Source: Eremomyces bilateralis CBS 781.70
Taxonomy: Eukaryota
Length of the DNA: 64,000 nt
Assembly: GCA_010015585.1 (NCBI GenBank)
Contig: ML975149.1
Direction: 5' to 3' (one strand)
Shown here: one piece after another, positions 10,801 to 24,758 of the stretch
How the letters are laid out: each line of letters begins with the position of its first letter
How positions within the stretch are numbered: the stretch's first letter is position 1
Made by a program: the position numbers and the translations under genes
The notes under the pieces: generated by a model
Seen by the model: only the letters and a program-made list of their open reading frames with translations
Databases searched by the model: none
What the model was told of the DNA's origin: nothing

Positions 10801-12865
10801 ATGTCCACCATGGCGGACAATCAATTCATCCTCTCTCTGATGCCAAGGCACTATGGCCGACGCGAGGACACTTCAAAGCTCCCTGGTCTTCGCGGACTGG
10901 CGTCACAGGCAAACCTTCCAGTGTCCCTCCGTACTCCCGAACCTGACTTCCGATGCGACATCTATACGAAATGGACGATGCCTTTCCAGAGGCTCCTTAT
11001 ACAAAAGGGTGGTGAGAAGATCGTCACGAAAATCCTAGGTTATGCGATAGATACCGTGGATGTTGCTGTTCTCAACCCATCACGGTTCATGGAACGATTC
11101 CCAGTTGGAATCAGGGAAGATGGCCAGATGTTCGGCTTTGGCTCATTCGTCACTCCTGCTCTTTACCCTCAAGGGAGGTGTAGCGCATTCCGAACCCCTG
11201 AATGGCTGGTGAACGCCATTGGCGTCCTGCGACTTGAGATCAAGTTGAGCGTTGTCTGCAAGAAGTGGAGGGAGCTTATTCTCACTGAAGTGGTAAGTGG
11301 ATTGCTCATAAGGAGAGTCCGGGTAGACAGCTACTAATGGAGATCCTAGGACCTCCATCAGAGTCCAACTTCTGTTGTACGCATCTCGTCGGAGCTTCTC
11401 CACAGCTGCACCATCCCAAACAGGGCGATCTATGCCAATCCTCTCTTCCCAGATAAACCCTACACGAGCATCCAGATCATGTGCTCACTTGAGGACGGCG
11501 GATGCAATACTTGCGCTGGTGACTTTCACGCCAAGATGGATCTCTCACAGTTCGACTGCGTCGACTTTCGCTTTGCGCCAGATGGCAACACTGCGTTCAG
11601 TGTTAATCCTGCCTGTTTCCTGCAGGATGACCACTTCGACACGGCCTATCGCACGATCAAATTCACACTTCCGAAGTGCATTACCCACGACGAGGGAGCG
11701 GCTTTCAAAATCGTCGGCAAGACATCTGGCTATTTCACCAATCAGCCCACGACTCTTGTCTTCGACCTCAACTCGTGGATCCCAAAGAAAGCGGATCTGA
11801 TGCCTCCAGCGCTTGCTCGAGCAGTCAAAGCATTTTCGAAGAATGATCTAAAGCAGGTTAAGAGCGTGGTCATCAAATTCCCTGCAAAGAGGTCAGCCCG
11901 CCAGCAGTTCATCTATAACATGCAAAGGTATCAGAGGGATGGTCCGACCGCCAAACGACGCGACTGGCGAATGCGATATCTGACCCTGATCAATGTCACC
12001 ACGATTCTCTGGGAGTACGTCCGCCATCTCGGCAATATCTCACCGCGCTTGGTCCAGAATTGCACGGTAGTTCCTCTTCCCCCCAGCCCTCACAAGACGC
12101 TAGACGAGATGGACCAGATGGAACTTTCTATCTTCCGCACGGCGAAACAGAACAGACATGATCAAATCAAAGATGCTAGACTCCATTGGGAGACCTTGTT
12201 CAACCTTCAAATACCTGATGATGAGAACGAAGATGCTCCCTGTACACTGGAGCTAATGCTCGCCGAACTCGAAGAATGGCGGACCGAGAACCCCAACTCA
12301 GAGGACTGCGAACATATCTTTAGCAAGTTCCTGAGTAGCAGCGTTCGCGAATCCTACTCTCCTTGCTCTGATTCCGATGGGGATAAGAAAGGGCTAGGCA
12401 GCAAGCTCTGCCAGAAGTATGAGCTTGGACCCAATGGGCAGTTGCAGGAACTGCGCCTCGTCTATGGCGATATCACTCTGATGAGTCGAACCGAGAAGAC
12501 GGAGTATGATTTCCTCAAGGGATGGCAGGGAGAGCCTGGCTATCCTGGAAAGGTCACTCTTACTGACCAGCTTGGAATGATTGGCAACGAATACTGCCAT
12601 TTAGACATGCTCGATGTAAGTTGGGTATTGAATCCTTTTGTTGAATCAGGCTAACCACCAGCACAGTGAACTCCAGGGTGACACAGAACATTTTGCCGTC
12701 TTGGTGAACAGGTTGGGATTGAGATTGGAGTGTCACTGGAGCGGAAAGGGAGACTTGCACGATTGAAACCCGTTGTTGGGGGGATTTGATGTCGAATGCA
12801 GTCGTCATGGATCGAGTGATGGATCACACGGGACGGAACCGTTTTCTCCTGTACCAGTACCATGA
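10801..12865 (+). CDS. Hypothetical protein, possibly F-box-like
   Basis: Long ORFs 10801..11337 and 11479..12654 are linked by a GTAAGT intron near 11293-11350. A second intron 12616-12661 leads to a terminal exon ending at TGA 12865. LSVVCKKWRELI resembles the end of an F-box. Confidence 0.65.
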
Positions 12866-13798
12866 CGTGCAAGCATAGGAGATACAATAATTACATGTAC
12901 TCCAAAAATTCAAGTGGTGCAACATTGAAATTTGTAATGTCGAGGTTGACGTTTAAAGCAGAGGCGACACATCGCCAATGAAGTGGATGACGAGTCTTCT
13001 GCCGCCCCTCCAGCCCAACCTCCCCTATCTCTCCATCGAGATGTCTCTGATATTATGGACTCCATCATGCCAAACAAGGAGGGTGATGGTAAATCAGAAT
13101 TGCCATCCACTGTTGCACAACGCGGTACGGAATACTGGGACAGTTTATAAGTGCGGCAACGGCGGTTGATCGCATCCGCCTACTAGTTTACCATGGTGAC
13201 ACCGCCAACGATAACGATATGCCAGTACCCGTCCGAAGAACCCCTTGGAAAGATACCGGTACTCACGAGATACTGGTTGAGTTACCGTCAACCTGTGCAA
13301 CAGAACATCTTTCCCAGCCTCGCATTTCGATCCTGCTGCTTCTGGAAAATCTTAAGATCCATGTTCCGAACGATGCAACTTGCCAGCATGGTATCCCCTC
13401 GTGCATGCACCTCCTTGGGCCCGTTGCTATGGGATCTAAAGGCAATCAGCGCTTCGTGCTGCATTGACACTGATTTTTCACTGAAAACATTGGAGCTTGG
13501 TGTGGTCTAGGAAGGTGAACTTCCCTTGGTAGGTACAGGTGCTTTCAGTCAGTTACAGTTGATGCCATATGCTTCTAGAATGACCCGCTGCGCACGGAAG
13601 TAAGTCGTGGTATGTACGCATAAATGCTGTCTTTATTATGTTTGTTTGGATCAGTCACCTACACCTTGCTGCTCATCCAAAGAAATAAATATCATCCTCC
13701 CTCATGAACCAGATTGGGTTCCATCAAGCCATTCATCACTGAGTCTAGCCAAGGTGCTCCAACTACTCTCGATATACCCTCAACAGTAACTCTTTAAT

Positions 13799-14358
13799 AT
13801 GCACCTCAATCCCTTTTCACTCCTCTGTGTCCCTCTCTTGGCAGTCCTGGCAACTTGTGCTCCTGTCGACACGGCTGGACGGTACGAATCAGAGCCATGG
13901 CAGCTTCAGAACATTTCTATCTTCGAGTCATTTGCGAATTCCACCCAACCTTCTTACATCAGCTTCACAGTCCGTTCGACAACTCCTGGACTAGCAACCG
14001 TCGTCAACTGCGAAGGATCAATGCCTAGGCCGGGGCGACCCCTGGCGGGTTTCAAAGGAGTATGCTCAGACAAGAACATCCGGTTCAGATATGAAGGGGA
14101 ATCGGAGTTCAAGATCTGGATTGTCCGATCCATCGCCGACCCTTCGTGAGTAACCCGAAATATAAACGCAGTTCAGACCTCGAATTCCATAACTAACTAA
14201 ACATTAGAATAGGTCCGCCTTCGTTTGGTCGCACTGATTCGGGCTACTGGTACCTGAAGCCATGGCCGGAGAATATGAACCAGGAAAGCGGTCTGAGAGG
14301 TGTCTTGTACACCCAGAACTGCCTCGAAGTTCGTGCAACACTGACTGCGGCAAAATGA
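13799..14358 (+). CDS. Small secreted protein (possible AA1/Alt a 1-like beta fold)
   Basis: Signal peptide MHLNPFSLLCVPLLAVLATCAP, then PWQLQNI, SYISFTV and a Cys pair. Intron 14146-14207 (GTGAGT...CTAAC...TAG) gives DPSIGPP and a stop at 14358. Confidence 0.75.
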
Positions 14359-16685
14359 AAGCCGCGTTCTCGATTGAATGGCACTGGCACAATTGAACAC
14401 AGCTTGGGTGACGTATGGGGGAAAGCTACATTCGATATCTAGCAAAGGAACAGGCGGAATGAGATTATCATATAATGGTATTATTGTGAGTAGAGAAGTG
14501 AGAATTTGGCATAATTGTGTGGAATTTTGCATGGAAAACTGGATTTGGTCGACAGTTAGCCAGATAATGTGCCCGTAGGAAACTGCGTAATTGTCTAATG
14601 TTAGGTATATCATGAGTCCCTTAGGCAAGATACTACCATCTCAGCGCTGTATTGGTTTGACATCTACTTCCCTGGTTGTGCCAGTCTGAATAAAGGGTTG
14701 CTCGGAATCAAGGAGCCATCAGTCGCGAATACCTGCATTTGGATAATTTACTGGCTTCAGACTTATCCCAAACCCCTCTCTGGCCCCCCTACATGGCTAT
14801 GATGTCCCAAGGTCATATCGAACCCCCACAACTCTGTTCCTCCGTAGCATGCAACTACCGACCTTGGACCGTTCTAAAACCAGGTTAGGAATCGTGAAGA
14901 ACATGAAGTGGCGTTGTTTCAGGTCACCCCGTCACAGTCCTTCAACTGAAAGTCCCCTACTTCTATATCTTCTGGAAGCGGCATAGACGAGTTTAACCAA
15001 AGGGACTATCCTTCAGCCATGGTTCCGGTAACTCAATCTATGTAGGAGTACTCCTTGGCGACCCATTCCCCCGGGACTGCTAGGAGGGCGAATGGCGCAG
15101 ACTCCCGGACGACCATAGGCGTGTTCTCATCGTCGTATGCGGGAAGGGGGCCGTGTTTCTTGGACGGTGAGGCTTGTATGAGATTCTACTTGTTGAGTCG
15201 TGCATGTAAACGACTAAACAAGGGAGGCGGAGCTCCTGTGCTTGACACAGGAGGAGGAGCCTCCAAAGTCCGCACCCAGAAGATCCGGACTGGGATAGCC
15301 CAGAGGCCAGAGGAACACACGAGCTGTTGAGATTTGTGAGCAAGGTTATCCTCGGCATTCCTGATGCAACCCATGAGACACGCACCAATGTGATTCCGCC
15401 TGCATCCATTTCTTCAGACGCACCCGCAGCCACCCCGAGGAGCTGGTTCACGATGGGAATTAGGGCATGCTTCCCCTCCAAAGCAAGGTCTCCAGCAACT
15501 CGATGTCATGCATGCCACGCGGGCACCACGAGCAATACACGCGAGGTCCTTCAACGATGTTTCGCGAGGCAGGAGGCAGAGGTATTTCTCGGTACTTCTC
15601 GCAGCCTTGATTCAACGGTAAAGACGTGTCTTGCATTCGAATCGCGACATTTCTTCTTCCGCTGTATTGCCGTATCGTGCCCAGTAACGCCACCCTGCTT
15701 TTGCCATAATGCGATCAGCTCGCATTCGCTCGCGTCTCATGTCCATGGAGGAATCGGGAGCGTTTCCGCCGCCTATGAATGGGCTGAGACTTGAGAGGTA
15801 AGAAATTTTTCGCGTCGATGAGAACGCGTCCTAGCATGGCGGTGCCGAACGACCGAGTTCAAAAGCGAAGCCAAATCTAGATCGGAGCAAGCCTGGGTGG
15901 CTCCTTACGGCGTTGGCCAACGCTCAATCCTTAATTCTGTACAAGGACAACCCGGCAGCAACGTTGCAATATGACGAGTTCCTGGTGCATAACAGTTTCA
16001 CTAAACCTAAAGCATTATTGCATGCTTGATGCCGAACTAAATACCGTACCGACTGCATCGATATTCGACATGGACAGAACAGGTAGAACCCATGAAATTA
16101 ATATGCAAACGACAGAGTCCCCGGAACGATGCATTGCAGACTGCTAAATTTACCTTGCGTCTTACTAGGTTCTCCAGGACTGGAAGGAGGGGTTTGGGAA
16201 TTCTGCTTGCTGTGCTTTACCGCTAAATACTGGACCTGGCACTGGAGCCTGTAAGTAAAGGAGTACCCGGCACGAGGCTGTCAAGGGACACGGAAAGAAT
16301 CGTAGAACTCACAGAAGAGACTAACAAAGCAGGTCCGAAAAGGATTTAGATGAAATTCACAGTTCCGAGAATAATGGATACAGCCTTCAATATCACTGCC
16401 AGGCCCGGGACAAGACGAGGAGTAAACTGGCGGTGAAATTGTGTTGCAATCTACATTGGCACGGTCGGATTGATATCTTGATCAGATTGATGCTGGATAA
16501 ATCTGGAGATCTCAGGCAGAATATCGGACCAACGTCATCGTAATCTATGGGACTGCAACCACCGTTCATCCGTACTGCAAGGCATAATCGACAAGATAAA
16601 ACTCCCCAATGATCCGGGAGACAAAGACTATAGATTTTGGTATTGAAATATAATAGAGCCGCAAAGATTAATGAAATCCTAAGTG

Positions 16686-17806
16686 ATGGATACTACAATT
16701 GTCCTATATCGAGTGGAGAAGGTCAGAGTCATGCTCCGTCATATAATACCAACTGTCTTGCTGACGATACGAACTAGCCTTATATTGACACCGAGTGCTC
16801 ATTGGGAGAAGGTCCATACTTCCGAGATGAGGATCAGACGCTTAGATTCGTTGATATTATCAAGCGAAAGATCTACTGGTTAGATATACGTAAGGGACCT
16901 TCATCGCTCCATAGCCATCAGCTCGATATATCTGCAGGGTTTGTAACGCTATTCCAACAACCGATGCATACCATCGCAGCTAACGGCGATCCAAGGTGTA
17001 CTACAGACAGTACTATGGACAAGGGGTCCTTCATTTTCGGAGGCAAATATGGCATGTACCGCTTTACCGAAGCGTCCGACAATTCGCCTCACCCGGTCGT
17101 CACTGAGCTGGCCAAGTATCCCATTCCGGATGACTTGAGACAGAATTTCAGAGCGAATGACGGCGGCGTGGATCCAGCTGGCCACTACTGGATCGCAGTC
17201 ATGAATGATGACTCAGTGAAGGAGCCAACGAATGAAGGTACGAAAATTCTAGATTCCAAAGCCATTGTAAAGCACTTGAATCGACTGACAAGAAAAGCTT
17301 TCGTTCTCCGATATGGTCCAGACCCAGTTCGACCACCTCGGAGATTCTTGGATGGACTGACCATACCAAATGGCATCGCATGGAGTCCGGACGGCTCCAT
17401 AATGTACTTATGTGACTCGCCTTCGAAGAATCTCTATGCATTTGACTTCGACGTCAACAACATCGACCACCCCATTTCCAACCAACGGGTCCTTTTCCAT
17501 CTTGAGGGCGATGGAGTCCCCGATGGCCATGCCGTTGACGTTGAAGGCTGTATTTGGCAGGCAATCTACGGTGGTGGCAAAGTCCTACGTATCTCCCCTG
17601 AAGGCCGTGTTCTGACGGAGATCCACCTTCCAACTCGTTGTGTCACTTGCCCGACGTTCGCTGGGACAGACCTGTATATCACCACCGCGGAAGAGGGGAA
17701 CCCTAAAACGTATCCAGAATCGGCGCGGTTCGGCGGGAGGGTTTTCAGGTGCCACGTTGGCGTTGAAGGACTGAAACTGCATCGGTATAATCACAAGACC
17801 TCCTGA
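16686..17806 (+). CDS. SMP-30/gluconolactonase/LRE (regucalcin-like) protein
   Basis: Motifs LGEGP, RANDGGVDPAG, IPNGIAWSPDG, PDGHAVDVEGCIW and TCPTFAG. Introns at 16722-16777, 16939-16995 and 17238-17297. Confidence 0.93.
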
Positions 17807-20800
17807 GAATGGTGCTGGGAAACGTCACATTCGTTCCAACGATGAGCGATCACTGTCGTCAGCTTGAGGAGATTCCCGACGGCTTCGCCAAGTGATAGAC
17901 TGGGCATGCTCAAAACCCGCCCAATTTCCTGATAGCTAAATCCCGTCAATCCAGGGGTATCCCAATTCAGTGTTCTCAGTTCCAACATTCCGGAAGCCTT
18001 GTCCTAATGCCGTTCGACATCGCCATCTGAAATGCAAGGCATTGTGCCGAAACGTATTTACTTCTCTCCCAACGGCAAGTGGTCAATTAGCGCGGGACTC
18101 AACCTGCATAGTGCATACGGATTGACTTCGATTGCATCACCAGGTGCCGCAAGCCACCTATCTCGCATTCTCGCTCTGCTTCGGCGCGACATACCTTCTT
18201 AGTGCGCTGGTCCTGACACCAATATTAAAAGCGAACCGCAGTTCTTATTTGATGTGTTCAGCCTCGAAAAGTGGCTTTCGTCAATTTCCCTTATTATTAC
18301 CCCCTGTCACCTTCAATGCCCTCATCTCAACCAAGCTGTTAGCCAAGCGGAAACAAACCACCTCAAACTTCCAAAGTCGAATACTCAATCGAGTCAGCTC
18401 CAAACTTCCAATGCCGGTGACGAAATCGAATGGCGTGCCGGGTTCTCGGGCAATTCTCCCCGTCACGCGTTGTGTAATCTCCACAGTCGAGTTGATCACC
18501 ATTTCCAGAAAGGTTGGAGCGCGACTGCGCGAGCCGTTTGAACCAGGGGGTCGGATAGCGTCCGTTAGCCAATCGAGCGAGCTATTTTCTCCACCACTAT
18601 TCGCCGCAGAATTGCGGCGTCGTTGGTGACAAGGGGGAGTGCAGGGAAATAAAGAGAGTTTCTGATGTGTGGAACTTGTATTGTAAACTGCGAAGCATCA
18701 AGCATGAGGATGAGGCGGAGCGATGGAGCCATGGGAGGCAAATGTACGAGCGGGATGGAGCCGAGAATGGCTGAACTCGCATCACTGGCTCTGGTTCCGA
18801 AAGTTCGATTCTAATATGGACCCGAACTGTCGGGATTGATGCAGGGAGGTCGTTAACCCTATCAAGCGCTCTGTTCATTGATTTCATCCAGAACGGAGCT
18901 TGCCAACCTGTCTTGCTGCGATTCATGTCACAGGTTTGAGGTCACTCTTGACTCTTGACTCTTGGATGAGAGGCGATAAAATCCACTATCTCAAACATCC
19001 AAGAGACATTACTTGTCCGGACCTCAGGATACCTTGCAAGCGAAATTGGTCCCGACTGTGGAAGAGGAGGACGATTACGATGACGAGGGAGGAGCTGCAT
19101 CTACCAAGCTCGTAAGCGATGCGGAGGCATTAATAATAATACGGCGTATGGAGATGTAATAATGTCATGCAGCTTCGTTGCTCACCCTGCCCTGCGAGTG
19201 CCCGCTGCTGGTACTCAAGGGCGTCCGAGAACTTGCTGGGCTGCCCTGGCGTTACGAACCCTCTCTCTCCACCCTGGTCAGGTCCCCCCCAGTTTGGGCA
19301 AAGCCGTCAATAGGTCAAATGTCTGACAGCTTGCGAAATCGGCGTGGAGCCAGTCTATCAAGTCTGATCGACAATTCCTCAAAGCAACTTTCCAAGCATA
19401 AAGCAGAGAATTCTTCTGGCTCAGCTAACTCATAAGTCGCAAAAGATCTCCAAGCACGACGGCCCTAAGAACTATGATGGTCGCATCGGAGGTAAGGTTC
19501 TTACATTTCTATGCCGACAGAATGGACGAGTCCATCTTCGTTGAGCTAGGCTTGCTGCTTAGACATTGGATGGCTTGAATTCGGCGCGAGTCACTTGCAA
19601 AGAGTCATCGACTAGTGACCTGCTGGCTGCCAGGGTAACAAAGATCAAATGGGTACCGTACCCCATTGCAATTGGTTGCAAATAATAAGACACCCAGCAT
19701 CTCATAAACTTTATCACCATAAAGTATGAACACATGACCATCACCACAATGCGGCAGGGAGCGTATGCAGTATTACCAACCAAGCCTTCCATTTCAACTG
19801 GACCCGCGTAGCAAGTCGAGAATCAACACGTCGCACTCGACTCGCACCCGCATGATCACTCGCAGAGTACATCCGCCGCATTTACCAAACCTGGGCATGG
19901 ATACGAAAGGGATGCTCTGATATCCTTGGAACAGTGCCGGTTGCTCAACCAGGATCGATTTCAATCTATCGATCTCGGGACCGTTTCTGGCAGTTTGTGT
20001 TATTCACTGGCACACATTGCTAAACAGGTCTGAACAACTGTGCGTATCGGGGGCTGTCGACGAGAGCTCCATTGCCCAAGAAAATGTATTGGATATTACC
20101 CAAGTCAAAAGCGAAAATTATACCTACAATATGCCTAAGATATCGTTCCTCCCCTTTCCGGTTTGAATTGCTTGCACAACGGCAACAGTAACCGCTGGAC
20201 CCTCAACCCATTTCAACCACTCTAATGACGAACGATCGTCTTCCTTTGATGGATATCGAGCTGAGAGCACGTCATCTACATAGTAGTGTCTCGCTTGGAT
20301 ATTGCGGGCTATTTTAGCTCAACTTCTTTGCAGGTTGGGGTTAATTGATGGTGGCCAGCCCGCATCCATGTTGTTCACCGCCTGACCGAGTCGAAAGCGT
20401 CCGATCCGATCGAAGCAGAATCGTTATGTTTCTGCTTGACAGTGTTCGACATCGTAAAAGGGGCCCTCGCTTCGGGGCTCCTCTGGCATTCTCAGCCACG
20501 AACTTCACTATTATGTCAGGCGGCATCAGCGTGGGTGGGCGGGGAAGTTCTTACCCGTGATGCCGTGATGGACGTTGAATTACACAATACATCCCACGCA
20601 TGCAAGGACTCACTAATCACGCAACACTTCGGGACTGAGAAGGGTAGTCCCGTTATTTGCATGCGGCGAATCGCCATAACCGATGAACGAAAGGATTTTT
20701 GAGAGTTTCTAGAATAGCATTTATTCCTATTGGCTGACTGGGCTGCCTCACCGCCCTCTTTTGTTAGTGCATGATGAGACGATGGACGATGGCCATTGGG

Positions 20801-23800
20801 CGCCGGACAATTTGTTATTGAACTTGCTAATGCTATTAGCAGAAGTCTCCTGGACGCTAATGCGAATCAGTGCATACATTTATGCGCTGATTGCAGACTT
20901 GCAGATCACTACTATCCAATATGGCAATATCTTCTCGCCTTTCGAGGCGACAGTTAATTACCTCCAGCCAGCGCTATCAAACAGATCATCCAACTCTACA
21001 CCGTAGACAAAAGTAACTAGTTGATCCCTTTAGGTCATCAGCTCAACATACCCCTTGCTTTCTGGGTATGGGTTACGTGCTCCAAACTAGCACGTTATGA
21101 CTTGTCCATTTCGGCCTGAACTTCATGATGATCGGCTATTTATTGACTATCATATCATCTTGCACACCACCGGAAAGTTTCTCCCGAACAGGTGCAAGTA
21201 TGGTGAAGAAATCCAACTCAAGGGTGTTTGTTGAGAAGGACGAGAGGGCAACTTTGGTCCCAACCATGCTTTCGGGCTCGGTCGCTGACGGGATATGCAT
21301 ATGTACCGAACTTGCATGCATATCGATCTATCATACATGGACAAGTGAGGATCGAGCTTCAAAGTCGTCTTTGTGAGATTCAGCACAACATCGCTCAGCC
21401 TCTTCGCCATGGGCGGGTTAGCTACTACTACACATGAGGACCTGGCCATACCGTCCAATTGCTTGTCATTCAGTATTCCGAACCATAGAAAGGCTATGTT
21501 ACGCGTCAGCCATAAATACCGATCGGCGATCAAATCAGTGGAGGACCTGTTGCACCTATTGTTCCGGCTTGCTGAATCAAGACTCTGGCTTTTAATTCTA
21601 GTCCTTGGCAATACACAGACAGTTATGGTGACGAAGCCTCTTAGCACCCCCACATACAAGGGACAAAGGTCTTACTGTTGACCGAAGATTCCACGCTTGA
21701 AAGAAGGATAAATCCCCTGAAATCGAACTGTGGTGGGATGCTGCCTGTCCAGCACTGTATCACCACAATCAATCATAGTTGCCGTCCGCGTTGACGTGAA
21801 CATGGCAACCAAAATACTTGCACGATGCGAGGCATGAGGATTTCACTAGTAGTTCTACATTCTGGTTTCTGAACCACCCTCTGCTGGAACTACGAAGGTC
21901 CACAGAGGTCCACAACGGATGGACGTTGGTTGCCGTCCGCAGTCCGCTAATGCTGGACCGTCCTGGCATGGAATCCAAGTCGCTGGCACCAGTACGGGGG
22001 AATCAAATCGACTTTGAAGTGCTAATACAGAGTATAGACAAGTTTTAAGGATGAACGTACTCCTGGGCAACAGGCAAAGTATGCAATAATGCATTAATGC
22101 ATTTTGTAATGATGCATGGCATTGGTGAAATTAGGAACTTTTCATCTTGAGAATGGCCAAATTCCGGGCTTGGCAATTATCCCGCACTGAATTCTGACCT
22201 GCAGGCCGCATTGCATCCCACTCACAACGTCTCTACTTTGCCTACCAACACGGAACTGCGGACGCCGGATATACGGAGTACTGAAATAACATCCTACAGA
22301 ATCGCTGCCCCAAGAGTCACGATTCCAATTCCCAGTCTCCAACCCACTCCCTAGTCCCTACCCTGTCTCTCGTATTTCTTTGGGTCAAGGTGATATGTCT
22401 TTTTTGTCGCTATCTGCATGTTGAACGTGTGAGACAACCAAGAAGGGCAAAAGCCGTAAATGACTTGCAGGCGATTGTCATGCCTAACTTACCGCAGGAG
22501 CCAGCAATTATTCATGAGCAGGGCTAATTATCCTCGACCAACAACCAGCTTCAGACTTCAGTGTCCCAAGCCGCCGTCATGGACCGTTAGAGCGGTTGGA
22601 CGGAGGGTGGATGCTAACCTAGTGTGCTCCACGCCCCACTGTCAGAGGGACAACTGGACAAGAGCCTCCCCACTTTCCACAAGTGAAGCTTCTAGCCGGA
22701 CGCCAAACTGCGCCCAACATCACGCATGCCACCAGGTTCCACGGGCCGTGAGATCGGGCATTCGAGCGGCTCTGAGAATGAACGCTTGGAGAAGAGCTGG
22801 CCTTTCTCCAAAGTTTCAGTTTTTGACGATTGGTACCATCTGGGCTCTCCGCTAGCTCCTTCGTCCTGGGGACTTTGCCTCCCTTGGTAAGGATATTCCC
22901 ATCATACAGTGTACGATGTATCCCTGGCCCTGCCTGTTCTTAGCCCGGAGACTGGGATAGTGACCGTTCAAGGACCTCCGGGGAGCCTGAGGGATGGAAA
23001 GTGCGTGGTCTTCCGCCCTCAAGCATCAACAACCTTGAGCTTTGAAGTTACCATTGACCACTGCCTAGGGCCGCGCTGGAATCAGCGCTTCCCAGACTCC
23101 CAATGGTGAGGGATGAGGCTGCGAAAGTCGAAACGGACGGGCATTGTTCAGTCTTGTCCCAGCCCCACTCCCTTTTCCGCAAGATGCACGAAATTACGTC
23201 CCATGAGCCAAAGCAACCAGGGTCCCGAAAAGCATCGTTACTTTGCTCGATTTTCATTTTTCGCCGATCCCAGTCACTGAACTCCTGGGGGTAGATACCT
23301 GGTACTCGCCGTTCTCGCTGCTATCCCCACCGATCGACCGTTTTGCTTCTGCTTCCTTTTGCCCCCGTGCTGGGTCGGTGATCGATATTATTGCTGAACT
23401 CAGGAATTTCCCTGTCCTCCTTCTAGGTTTAAAGTTTTTTGTTTTTTCTATCCCTTGAAGCTGCGACAGAATGAGGCGGCATTAGGACCATGGTCCTGGG
23501 CTTTGATCTAAGTTTAATCTGATTCATACGGAGTGGCGTGACCTCGTGTCTTGTCACCAATCACCAACCAACCCCTCTTGCCTGGGTCAACTTCTGTGAT
23601 CAGTTCTACATTTTGTCTTTACGGCCGATGGAGTACTTTCGCAAATGTGTTCCTCCCTTTCGGGGACACGATATGAATCAAGTACTTTGGCCGAGCATAA
23701 TCGCCCACAAGGATGGTTCAATGCATCTCCAGTTCTCCACAAATCCACAGTCCTTGTCGGGCTTCCTACGCCCCAGTAAGACACCAACAGATTACAGATC

Positions 23801-24758
23801 AAGACAAGAAACAAGCAAGCAACCAAGCAGATAACGCGCAGTAGCGCAGTTGCACAGTGCCTGCGGAGTCCCGGTAACTGGGCGTACTAACTGACCTTAG
23901 TACGGTCCTGACGGAGGACATGGAGTGGTGTACCCCCTCAGAGGTTCATACCAAGCACTGCAAGTCCGCAACGCGCCAACGCCTCCTTTTCTCTCCACGA
24001 AGCCGCGAACGGCCTGGCCCTCCCTGACCTTTCTCCACACCGACATTATGGCATCAACCAAGGCGGACCCCCTCATTCTGCCCAGCCCACCGGACACCAG
24101 TGCACATTCTCCCATGTCACCGTCACAGGCTTACAGCCAAACTTAGCTGTATACATATTACTCACCCTTCCCCATGCTCCTGTGCCAGATACCCACTTTG
24201 ACCTCTCTTTCCTGTTATCCATCCTCTGTACATGGTACATCCAGTACCCTCGACCGCAACCAGCTCTGCTTCTTAACAGACGACCTGTTCATCCTCTTCC
24301 CATTCGAACCTCAATCGATCCCGGCGGACTCGATCTTGCCGGCCGCTTGCGCTTTGTGCGGGCGGGTGTCTGCATGCCGTGATCGGCCTGCTTCCTGGCA
24401 CTGCACCTCTCCGAGAATCTTATATATCGGCCTTCCGCCAATCCACCACTTCGAGGCACGGTTGATCGTCCTGACCAGGACGGTGACACCAGCCTCTCCA
24501 TAAACAGTCATCGTGGCGATCCCGCTGCCAGCTCTTTCGTCCGCCCTCGCTCATACACCCAATCCGTTCCCGCTCTCGCGTTCAGAGCTGCTTCGGCCTC
24601 GTTCCCCAAGCTTCCGAACCACCTTCGACCCCGCGACAGGCATCGTCGAATCCGTCGAAACGGCTCCAAACGGGTCTTCATCAACAAACCCTACCGCCTC
24701 ATCTTCCGTTCCATGGTTCCCCACCCGCCTCGAAGGCGAGGGTAATATTCCCCGCCAT

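Noticed and set aside
12910..13510. Overlapping short ORFs downstream of the 10801 gene
   Set aside because: No recognisable domain or coherent gene model.
14640..15800. Coding-like fragments on the minus strand
   Set aside because: They are broken by stops and have no recognisable family motif. They may be a relic, but this cannot be supported without a search.
18970..19160. Acidic stretch EEEDDYDDEG...VSDAEAL reminiscent of pogo/Tigger transposase C-termini
   Set aside because: It is too short and low in complexity, and no DDE domain, TIRs or target-site duplication were seen.
20700..22100. Several 70-170 aa ORFs in the gene-free region
   Set aside because: No motifs, no consistent splice structure and mostly non-ATG starts.
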